Below are positions 28,889 through 36,525 of a DNA stretch of 64,000 bases, one piece after another. Both the position numbers and the translations under genes were made by a program. The stretch is taken from NCBI GenBank assembly GCA_012178725.1, contig GCA_012178725.1_3030.1; one strand, given 5' to 3'. This DNA comes from a phage. Each line of letters begins with the position of its first letter. Position 1 is the first letter of the stretch. Under the pieces are notes generated by a model. The model was given only the letters and a program-made list of their open reading frames with translations. It was not told the DNA's origin and searched no databases.

Positions 28889-29199
28889 GGTGCAGTAATA
28901 TTTTCTGCATCATTTAGCAAATCATTAATTTCATCAAATAGCATAACACATGTACCTTTATTTCCTGTAATTGTTACTGCGCAATTACGAACGTTTTCTT
29001 TATTAAATTTTAGGTTAATATTTTCGTAATGAAAATCCTTTAATGCTGAATATATTTTTAAAATAAAATTGTCTTTTACTACAATAAACCCAACCTCACT
29101 ATTAAAACGTGGTTCATGGAAACTGTAATAAACCTTTTCATCTATAAAATCGTATGAAATTTTTTCCATTTTTAAATATGAAAATTCAGAACTATACAT
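28843..29199 (-). CDS. Paralog of the C-terminal half of the adjacent 61.2-like protein
   Basis: 118 aa; shares F(I/V)VKDN motif and identical tail SIDDQIFNAFMNR with the 208-aa neighbour; 46-bp near-exact DNA repeat at the 3' end. Confidence 0.5.
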   Translation of the reverse strand: MYSSEFSYLKMEKISYDFIDEKVYYSFHEPRFNSEVGFIVVKDNFILKIYSALKDFHYENINLKFNKENVRNCAVTITGNKGTCVMLFDEINDLLNDAENITAPSIDDQIFNAFMNRG

Positions 29200-29200
29200 A

Positions 29201-29246
29201 TTAATCTCTATTCATAAAAGCATTAAAAATTTGGTCATCAATAGAA
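29201..29246. repeat. 46-bp direct repeat, copy 2 (3' end of the 61.2-like ORF)
   Basis: ttaatctctattcataaaagcattaaaaatttggtcatcaataga. Confidence 0.8.
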
Positions 29247-29827
29247 ACATTTACTTTAGACTGTTTTTCAGATGGCAATTCATATCCACATATTACAATT
29301 TTATGATCAATATCAAAATACACAGAAGCAATATGATTAATGATATTTTCAGTGAAGTCTAAATCGACATCAATATCTTTTTGACCAAAGCCCAAAGGAT
29401 AAATAATGCGAGTAATTCGATTATCTTTAACAAAGATTCCACCGACATACTCTGTACTGCGTTTAAAGTCTACACGCCGACGAAATGAAAAATATTCAGG
29501 CTCTTTATGAGCTCGGCTCATAGGACACAACGAATAACTAGAATAAGAGATGTCAAATCCTACGCCTTCGATATGAGCCAAAGTGTCATGATTAAACCAA
29601 TTATAATCGTACGCCAAATCCATTAGATTATAATATGTAAAAGGCACCGGATTAACATCATTAGTCACAAGCATGTAATTAGCAACTGCTATAATTTCAT
29701 TGTTTTTAACGAATACAAACCGTGATTGATGCGAATGACCTGGACCCGCGTTTTCACGATTAATGATATAACACTGGGCACCTTTATATTTGTATGTATC
29801 TTTGCACTTGTGCATTTGATAGAGCAT
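29201..29827 (-). CDS. Hypothetical protein (61.2-like)
   Basis: 208-aa ORF between sp and gene 61. Confidence 0.5.
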   Translation of the reverse strand: MLYQMHKCKDTYKYKGAQCYIINRENAGPGHSHQSRFVFVKNNEIIAVANYMLVTNDVNPVPFTYYNLMDLAYDYNWFNHDTLAHIEGVGFDISYSSYSLCPMSRAHKEPEYFSFRRRVDFKRSTEYVGGIFVKDNRITRIIYPLGFGQKDIDVDLDFTENIINHIASVYFDIDHKIVICGYELPSEKQSKVNVSIDDQIFNAFMNRD

Positions 29828-30120
29828 TATTCACCTACCACTTCAGCGATGATATTTTTGTTATTAAAGTTTTTATCGCAATACAGAACATAATTATACT
29901 GCATTACACCACCAGACTTAAGCTGTTTTTGCACTTCAGCTTTCATTTCAGGACGATCGCGCTTAACGATATTCATAATATCTGCTTCAATTTGAGTTTC
30001 AACCTCAGTCTGATCAGCAGTCATAGACCATTCGCACAAATCTTTATCATAACCTGCCATAGCAGGCTGAGCAGCACAAGAAGCTAAAGCAAAAATTGTA
30101 GCAAAAATAAATTTTTTCAT
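29827..30120 (-). CDS. sp: Spackle periplasmic protein Sp (61.3)
   Basis: 97 aa with signal peptide MKKFIFATIFALASCAAQPAMA; T4 Sp size and position. Confidence 0.85.
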   Translation of the reverse strand: MKKFIFATIFALASCAAQPAMAGYDKDLCEWSMTADQTEVETQIEADIMNIVKRDRPEMKAEVQKQLKSGGVMQYNYVLYCDKNFNNKNIIAEVVGE

Positions 30121-30180
30121 GATAATCTCCTCAGTAGTTTATGTTTATATAGTATCTCAATTTCCAACAAAAGTAAACAG

Positions 30181-30438
30181 CTATTTTAAAACTTCTGCGT
30201 AATCACATGTTACAAACTGTTTCTCTAGCTTAACGATCTTACGAAAGTATCTTTTACATTGACGAATCTGTCGCTTAGTAGGGCGCACAGCAAACTTAAT
30301 AAATTCCACTCGACCAAATGGAGGGCTTTCTTCTGATGGAATATCTAACACCAATTCCCACGTATCTGCAATAAGTGCTTTGAATTGCGTATTTTTCCTG
30401 ACGTTATACGGAGTAGGTTTAAATAAAACAATATGCAT
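30181..30438 (-). CDS. tifA: TifA-like protein (61.4; ToxIN inhibitor in T4)
   Basis: 85 aa from ATG one base after dmd stop (TAATATG, GAGGA SD); basic; position immediately downstream of dmd. Confidence 0.55.
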   Translation of the reverse strand: MHIVLFKPTPYNVRKNTQFKALIADTWELVLDIPSEESPPFGRVEFIKFAVRPTKRQIRQCKRYFRKIVKLEKQFVTCDYAEVLK

Positions 30439-30439
30439 A

Positions 30440-30622
30440 TTATCCTCGGCAATCCACTTCACATACTTTCTTGTCATCAATGAAAGCTTTAACTAATGCT
30501 TTATTAACTTCAGCATACTGAGTAGTAGCCCATTGAACGTCATCTTTCATCATTGTGATTTCTTTAGTAAACATGCTTTCATTCTTAAACCATCCCATAA
30601 AAACTACCTTTACCAATTCCAT
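30440..30622 (-). CDS. dmd: Dmd antitoxin (RnlA/LsoA inhibitor)
   Basis: 60 aa, matches remembered T4 Dmd (MELVKVVFMGWFKNESMFTKEITMMKDDVQWATTQY...). Confidence 0.85.
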   Translation of the reverse strand: MELVKVVFMGWFKNESMFTKEITMMKDDVQWATTQYAEVNKALVKAFIDDKKVCEVDCRG

Positions 30623-30680
30623 AACAATCTCCTCATTTAACCAACAAGACTACTATACCATAGTCTCGTCAGCTTGTAAA

Positions 30681-32108
30681 CTAAAATTTTAATTCATTCG
30701 CCAAAGCATCTAACTGAGCTCGAGTGGATTCATTTCTTTGATAGCGATTCTGCTCAGCCTGAATCTGTTGTGAACCTGCTACTTCGTTCACTTCAGTTGG
30801 AGTAGAATCTTGTTCAATTTCTACCCATTTCTGATTTCCCTTTTGAACACCCATCAAAAACTTATTCCACTTATTCTTATCGCCATATCGTGATTTGATT
30901 TGCTTAATGAGTTGTTGTTCAGCAGCTGCTAGCTCCTCGGTTTCAATGACCGCAAGCATAAAATCGGCTGTTGCTGGAAGACCGGCAGATTCTGCAATAT
31001 CGCTCATGTTAACATCAGAAGAGTCCCAAGCTTGTTTACCGACCTGTGCTGCAGTCCAAAGAACAGTTTCGGTTTCAACAGCCAGAGCACGCAATTCCTC
31101 TGCAATAGCTTTAACAGTTGTGTAACTATTTTCTGAATAAACTCGGATGCGACAAGATTTACAAATACCCAGATAATCTACAATAATGATTGTTGGAACA
31201 AAATTCTTCTTGAGCTTCAATTCATTCAAGAGAGACCTGAATGTATTAGCGTCTGCTCCACCAGTAGGATACTGTTTAACGATTAAACGACCAAGAGTAG
31301 ATTTCTCACGCCATTTTTCCATTTTTCCTTTATACTCAGCGTAAGAAATATGCCCATCATCAATGTCATCAAGAGAAACATCAAGCATATTAGCATCAAT
31401 ACGCTTAGCACAGACTTCTTCTGCCATTTCCATGGAAATGTAAAGAACATTATGTCCGAGCTGCAAATAATCTGCTGCCAATGAACACAGACCTAATGAC
31501 TTACCAACGTTAACGCCAGCCATTAAAACGTTCAGTGTTCCAGTCTCAGCTCCGCCTTTAGTAATTTTATTTAGAATTCTGAGTTTAAATGGAACTTTAC
31601 GAGCTTTATTCATATAAGATAGCCAGCGTGCTTCGTAGTCATCCATCCAATCATGACCAACGTAGCTATCAAATGAAATTGATAATGCTTGGCGCATGAT
31701 GTCAGGAATAGCACCAACATCCGGCATTTTCTTATTTCGTTTTTCCGGAGGAAGCTCAGCATTAGTTTGAATTTCGATTATTTTAGACGTAGCATTAAAC
31801 ATCGCCCTTTGCTGAACATATTTTTCTGTTTCTTTTACTAACCAGCTGTGGTCTTCTGGAGAATCAGCCAGTTTTGAAATAAGTGTTTTTACACCAGAAT
31901 ATTCTGTTTCAGTAAATGAACTATTTTCTAATGCAACATTTAACGCATTAATAGATGGAACGCTATGGTACTCATTAACATGAGATTTAATTAATTTGAA
32001 TGTATTTTTAGCTGGACCACTTTCAAAATATTCTGAATCCATATATGGCCAAACTTTTGAAAAATAAGCTTGATCAAATATAAGATGAGAAAGAATAATT
32101 TCTACCAC
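30681..32108 (-). CDS. 41: Replicative DNA helicase gp41 (DnaB family)
   Basis: 475 aa; Walker A GVNVGKS; T4 gp41 size. Confidence 0.95.
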   Translation of the reverse strand: MVEIILSHLIFDQAYFSKVWPYMDSEYFESGPAKNTFKLIKSHVNEYHSVPSINALNVALENSSFTETEYSGVKTLISKLADSPEDHSWLVKETEKYVQQRAMFNATSKIIEIQTNAELPPEKRNKKMPDVGAIPDIMRQALSISFDSYVGHDWMDDYEARWLSYMNKARKVPFKLRILNKITKGGAETGTLNVLMAGVNVGKSLGLCSLAADYLQLGHNVLYISMEMAEEVCAKRIDANMLDVSLDDIDDGHISYAEYKGKMEKWREKSTLGRLIVKQYPTGGADANTFRSLLNELKLKKNFVPTIIIVDYLGICKSCRIRVYSENSYTTVKAIAEELRALAVETETVLWTAAQVGKQAWDSSDVNMSDIAESAGLPATADFMLAVIETEELAAAEQQLIKQIKSRYGDKNKWNKFLMGVQKGNQKWVEIEQDSTPTEVNEVAGSQQIQAEQNRYQRNESTRAQLDALANELKF

Positions 32109-32117
32109 ACTTACTCC

Positions 32118-32480
32118 TTAAAAGAATTTAAATTTTTTCTTTGACCTTTTATTAAATGCATCTTGCAGTTGCATTGTAATACATTTTTCTACATGAGGAG
32201 CTAACTCAGCTTTTCTTTCTTGGTCAAGAACAGCAAAGTCCATTACGACTTTTCCATCAACCCAATCTAATTTTGTCACATACACAATGTGTGTAGAACC
32301 ATCTTCTAGTTTAATGACAATCTCCTGGATAACATTTTCCATGGCAGATTTAATTATCTTAAGAGATTCATTAAAAAGACGTTCTTTTCTTTCTTCTTCC
32401 CCCTCCGAAGAGGGGGATTCATCGATAATTTCTAGATCTAAATCTAAATCATCTTTATTCATTAAATTCTTCCATATCAC
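32118..32480 (-). CDS. 40: gp40 head vertex assembly chaperone (positional)
   Basis: 120-aa ORF between uvsX and 41; overlaps uvsX 3' end. Confidence 0.6.
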   Translation of the reverse strand: MIWKNLMNKDDLDLDLEIIDESPSSEGEEERKERLFNESLKIIKSAMENVIQEIVIKLEDGSTHIVYVTKLDWVDGKVVMDFAVLDQERKAELAPHVEKCITMQLQDAFNKRSKKKFKFF

Positions 32481-33636
32481 TTAACTGTTCGAGGTCAGTT
32501 TCTAAATCAGCAGCTGATTTACTTTTACTTTCTGGAGATTTAAATTTTTCAACCTTTGAGTTAATCAATTCATCAACTTCAGCTTCAACAATTTCATTAC
32601 TATCAATAGCACCTAACTGATAAGCACGTTTAATAGCATCTCGGAATGGTTGATGCTTAAATAAAGGACCCCAGAATGTAGTGCAGTTGGTATCTTTTGC
32701 ACGCCAAGATTTTTCTTCGCGAATCATCTCGCCGGTTTCTTCGTCAAGAAATTCACGAGCATACCAACCATTCTTAGGTTTTACTACAAATCCTAATTCT
32801 AGAGCCATATCTAACAATCCAGAATAAGGATCGATACCACCGTCAAATTTAACATCAATAAAGAATTTACTTTTTTCTTTAACGGTACGAGATTTTTCTA
32901 CATTTAGAACAAATTGATACCCTTGAAGATCAGAACCATCTTTAATCTGACGCTTACCGATAATGAATACGGTATCAGCCGAATACATTACGCCTGTACC
33001 ACCTGTCATCACGGTTTTACTAAACATTTCAATTGTTTCAATTGTATGGTTAACCGCAACACATGGAATATTTTTAATGCTAAAGTAAGGAGTAACAATA
33101 CGGAATAATGACTTCAGTGATTTAGCACGAGTCATATCTGCCACAGATTTTTCATTCAAGGCATCTTCCGTTTCTTTCTTAGAAGCCATATTACCAATTG
33201 AGTCGATGAATACTATAACCTTTTCACCACGCTCAATAGCTTCAAGCTGATTCACCATATCAATTTTCAGCTGTTCAACTGATTGAATTGGCGTATGAAT
33301 TACACGTTCCGGGTCAACTCCCATGGATCGCAAATAAGCTGGAGTAATACCAAATTCGCTATCATAGAATAGACAAACTGCGTCAGGATATTTGTTCAAA
33401 TATGCCGCAACCATAGTCAAAGACATATTTGATTTAAAGTGTTTAGAAGGCCCTGCGAAAATAGTTAAACCAGACTGCATACCGCCATCAATCGCACCAG
33501 AAATAGCAATATTAAGCATTGGGATTTTTGTACGGATTACATCCTTTTCATTAAAGAATTTAGATGTAGTCAGTTCAGCAGTCATTTTAGAAGTGGAAGC
33601 TTTAATCAAACGGGATTTTAAATCTGCAATAGACAT
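32455..33636 (-). CDS. uvsX: UvsX recombinase (RecA-like)
   Basis: 393 aa; RecA fold motifs (GPSKHFKS Walker A); N-terminus resembles T4 UvsX. Confidence 0.95.
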   Translation of the reverse strand: MSIADLKSRLIKASTSKMTAELTTSKFFNEKDVIRTKIPMLNIAISGAIDGGMQSGLTIFAGPSKHFKSNMSLTMVAAYLNKYPDAVCLFYDSEFGITPAYLRSMGVDPERVIHTPIQSVEQLKIDMVNQLEAIERGEKVIVFIDSIGNMASKKETEDALNEKSVADMTRAKSLKSLFRIVTPYFSIKNIPCVAVNHTIETIEMFSKTVMTGGTGVMYSADTVFIIGKRQIKDGSDLQGYQFVLNVEKSRTVKEKSKFFIDVKFDGGIDPYSGLLDMALELGFVVKPKNGWYAREFLDEETGEMIREEKSWRAKDTNCTTFWGPLFKHQPFRDAIKRAYQLGAIDSNEIVEAEVDELINSKVEKFKSPESKSKSAADLETDLEQLSDMEEFNE

Positions 33637-33713
33637 TCATTTTTTCCATAGGCATCATTATATTTTCCTCACTGGTTAAAGATAGAGTAATTATAACACA
33701 ATAAATTTAGGCA

Positions 33714-34562
33714 TTAATCAACTGCTATTGGATGAATAGCATTAAACTTATGAAATGCTTCTGATTTTTCTTTACGAGAAACACACATGCGAAGAACCTT
33801 TAATGGCTCGTCTTCTTCACCCAACGATTTTCGTTTTTCAATATTAGAAGTTTTCCAACGAGCTTGCTCTGGAAACTCTCTATTGATTTGCTCAAGCGCT
33901 CTATTATGTTTAGAATTACTACGAATTGAACTGCACCCGCCAGGAGCTTGTGCTTTTCCAGATACAACCAGATATTTGAACAAGGCCAAATGCGGATAAC
34001 CTTGATTAATTAAATTGAGAAATGCATACATATCTTCGCATAAATCAATTTTTCCATACCCAATTTGTTCTGTCGTAAGTTTTCCGAGATCATACCATGT
34101 ATTCGTGAATCCATATGAATTTTCACGATAATTACCCCAAGATGAAGTAATTTTAAAAATAGGTAGACGAGCATGGCCATGATAATACCCACAATCCATG
34201 GCATCCTCAACATATTGAATCAATTCATAGAACTGTTCACGAGTCAATTGATTGACTTTATCCACACAACGACGATCATCTCTTTTTCGCATTGAACTCA
34301 TACGAATAGTAGTATCATCGTCAATCATCCAGATTCGTTGACCTGCATACATATCAGTAATTGCTTTACGAGTACCAGCAATTCCATTTACATCATCAGG
34401 AATAGTTATAATTTTAGCTCTAGACCCATAGGCATCATAATAAGCTTTTTCTTCGTGTTCACGCACTACAATATGGGGTTCATAATCAGTCGGAAACATA
34501 TCAAGGGCAGAAACTGCCCCAACACGCTGATAACTTGGAATTACGAATTGAATCATTTCCAC
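33714..34562 (-). CDS. Putative hydroxymethylcytosine-DNA glycosyltransferase (DxD-containing, GT-A-like) at the beta-gt position
   Basis: 282 aa; ...RIWMIDDDTTIRM... DxD motif; sits between uvsX and 42 where T4 has the 351-aa beta-gt. Confidence 0.5.
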   Translation of the reverse strand: MEMIQFVIPSYQRVGAVSALDMFPTDYEPHIVVREHEEKAYYDAYGSRAKIITIPDDVNGIAGTRKAITDMYAGQRIWMIDDDTTIRMSSMRKRDDRRCVDKVNQLTREQFYELIQYVEDAMDCGYYHGHARLPIFKITSSWGNYRENSYGFTNTWYDLGKLTTEQIGYGKIDLCEDMYAFLNLINQGYPHLALFKYLVVSGKAQAPGGCSSIRSNSKHNRALEQINREFPEQARWKTSNIEKRKSLGEEDEPLKVLRMCVSRKEKSEAFHKFNAIHPIAVD

Positions 34563-35293
34563 TCACCGTTATAATCTTTTTTCACAATATGAGTTTCGCC
34601 AGTATTCCACCAATGATCAACCAAGTAAAAATGACGAGAATATACATGAAGACTTCCAACATTCCATATAATAGAACCTGCTTTATACTGACGAGTTGAA
34701 TCGCCTGCATTCAAATCAGATACTAATTTATCTAATACGTATTTTTGCCATGCATAATCATTACGGAATCCGAAGACCACGTCATTTGAGCGCATGTTAA
34801 CAACCGCATTGATTTTCTTGTCACGAATCAGATACTGTACGGTATTCGTACACATGAAATCTGACATGCCATCTTTATTGTAGTCAAATTGCATGGATGG
34901 ACGAGTATAAATCATGATACCACGTCGAGAATCAGGATTTTGACCAAGTTCAGCTAAACACATATCATATTGAGCATAGTTATCTTCTGACCAGATAGCC
35001 CAACCATAATTCGAGTTAATTTCACCTTTAGAAGATGCTACTTGTTGCCAAATCTTCGGTGTTTCACCCGGAATATCTTTAACGAACAAGCTCTTAGATT
35101 TATACCATTCAAGTTCACGCTGAATGTATTCATCATTAAGAGCGCCAAAAATAAACGGTTCATCTGCTATAAATGATGCGCCAATAATTTCAATAGTTTT
35201 AACGCCAGTTTTATCAACTACGAAATCTTTTTCTTTTAATGCAAGCCCCAAATGAAGACGGATTTCTTCAACTGTCATAGAGTCACTAATCAT
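34553..35293 (-). CDS. 42: dCMP hydroxymethylase gp42
   Basis: 246 aa; thymidylate-synthase-like fold; T4 gp42 size. Confidence 0.95.
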   Translation of the reverse strand: MISDSMTVEEIRLHLGLALKEKDFVVDKTGVKTIEIIGASFIADEPFIFGALNDEYIQRELEWYKSKSLFVKDIPGETPKIWQQVASSKGEINSNYGWAIWSEDNYAQYDMCLAELGQNPDSRRGIMIYTRPSMQFDYNKDGMSDFMCTNTVQYLIRDKKINAVVNMRSNDVVFGFRNDYAWQKYVLDKLVSDLNAGDSTRQYKAGSIIWNVGSLHVYSRHFYLVDHWWNTGETHIVKKDYNGEWK

Positions 35294-35446
35294 TTAAACC
35301 TCAATTGATACATTCATATTTAACTTGTAACAGTAATAAACCCCAACCTAAAATAATAGTTGGAATCATAAGAGGAACCGTTACACTATAGTATATACTT
35401 ATTATAACCATCAAGATTAAAAGCAACACTGCTATAATTTTGCTTT

Positions 35447-35698
35447 TCATTCTTTCTCTCTGATGATAATTACCTGATTTGGATGTGCAGACTTTTTGGT
35501 TTCACCCGCAATTGACCAAATGAATGTAATAAACCAACCAATAATTGACCAATTAAACAGTAAAGATGTGAAAAAGATTCCTACTGTCGATTTTGACCCA
35601 CGCATCAAGGCGATAAACCATGGAAGCATGTATATAATAATAGCCAACACACCTGAAACTAAAACCATAAAAATTGAACCTGCTACTAAAGTTTCCAT
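35447..35698 (-). CDS. imm: Superinfection immunity protein Imm
   Basis: 83 aa, two TM helices; T4 Imm size and position. Confidence 0.88.
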   Translation of the reverse strand: METLVAGSIFMVLVSGVLAIIIYMLPWFIALMRGSKSTVGIFFTSLLFNWSIIGWFITFIWSIAGETKKSAHPNQVIIIREKE

Positions 35699-35705
35699 GT
35701 TTTCC

Positions 35706-36086
35706 TCACTTAGTCAAATTTTTTACACATGAATTATAAGAATTCACTACATACTCCATCGGAGCATTTTTACCAGTACGCCATTGGTAATTATTAGCCC
35801 AATTAGCCCAAAGCTCGGCGCAGTAGTTTTCAATTTTTTCTTCGCGTGTAATTACATCCGAATTACGATATGCTTGAGCAGATTCATCTGGACGAATAGC
35901 TTCGTCAAAATTCGCCTGCATTTGTTCGACTGTTTGCTTTGGAGCTTCTTTATAACACTTGACATTAGGATTATAAAACTTGCTTGAACAGTTTACAATT
36001 TTTCCTGCATCAGACTGATTTACTACCGGTCCTTGATCTACACAACCAGTAAGACCTAATGCAATAACCAAAATAGTGATTTTCAT
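35706..36086 (-). CDS. Predicted lipoprotein (imm.1-like)
   Basis: MKITILVIALGLTGC: signal peptide plus lipobox. Confidence 0.5.
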   Translation of the reverse strand: MKITILVIALGLTGCVDQGPVVNQSDAGKIVNCSSKFYNPNVKCYKEAPKQTVEQMQANFDEAIRPDESAQAYRNSDVITREEKIENYCAELWANWANNYQWRTGKNAPMEYVVNSYNSCVKNLTK

Positions 36087-36098
36087 AATAATTTCCTC

Positions 36099-36350
36099 TT
36101 AAAACTTAACAAATAACTTTAAAGCATCTTCAGTTTTAATTCCTTTTCTTACACCCATAACAGAAATTGGCTGTGACTGAAATTTTCCTTTACCATTATA
36201 AATTTCTAATCCAGTCACCATTCCATTTTGTTCTATAATACCGTAAGTGTTACCTTCATTTTCAAATTCTTTAACTTTAAAAAGTTTATTCGCTTTTTCT
36301 GCGTTAACAACTTTTAAATTTTGAATAAAATTAGTTTGAATATTTTTCAT
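36099..36350 (-). CDS. Hypothetical protein
   Basis: 83-aa ORF with GGAGGAAC SD and early-promoter cassette upstream. Confidence 0.45.
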   Translation of the reverse strand: MKNIQTNFIQNLKVVNAEKANKLFKVKEFENEGNTYGIIEQNGMVTGLEIYNGKGKFQSQPISVMGVRKGIKTEDALKLFVKF

Positions 36351-36355
36351 TTTGT

Positions 36356-36408
36356 GTTCCTCCGTAGTTGATAGTTGTATAGTACCACAGAGGAACGGTC
36401 TTGTAAAC
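36356..36408 (-). promoter_or_regulatory. Early-promoter cassette with SD-complementary spacer
   Basis: GTTTAC AAGACC GTTCCTCTGTGG TACTATACAACTATCAA CTACGGAGGAAC ACAAA ATG. Confidence 0.55.
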
Positions 36409-36483
36409 AGTTTTGTGAAAAAATTTTTAATGAATCCAAAAGGTCCAGAATCATCTGTTTTTCATAAGTATAGATTTATATTA

Positions 36484-36513
36484 CTTGTATGAAAAAGGGA
36501 CCCGGAGGTCCCC
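36484..36513 (-). terminator. Rho-independent terminator downstream of gene 43
   Basis: GGGACC-TCCG-GGTCCC followed by TTTTTCAT. Confidence 0.6.
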
Positions 36514-36525
36514 AGATTTATTCTA

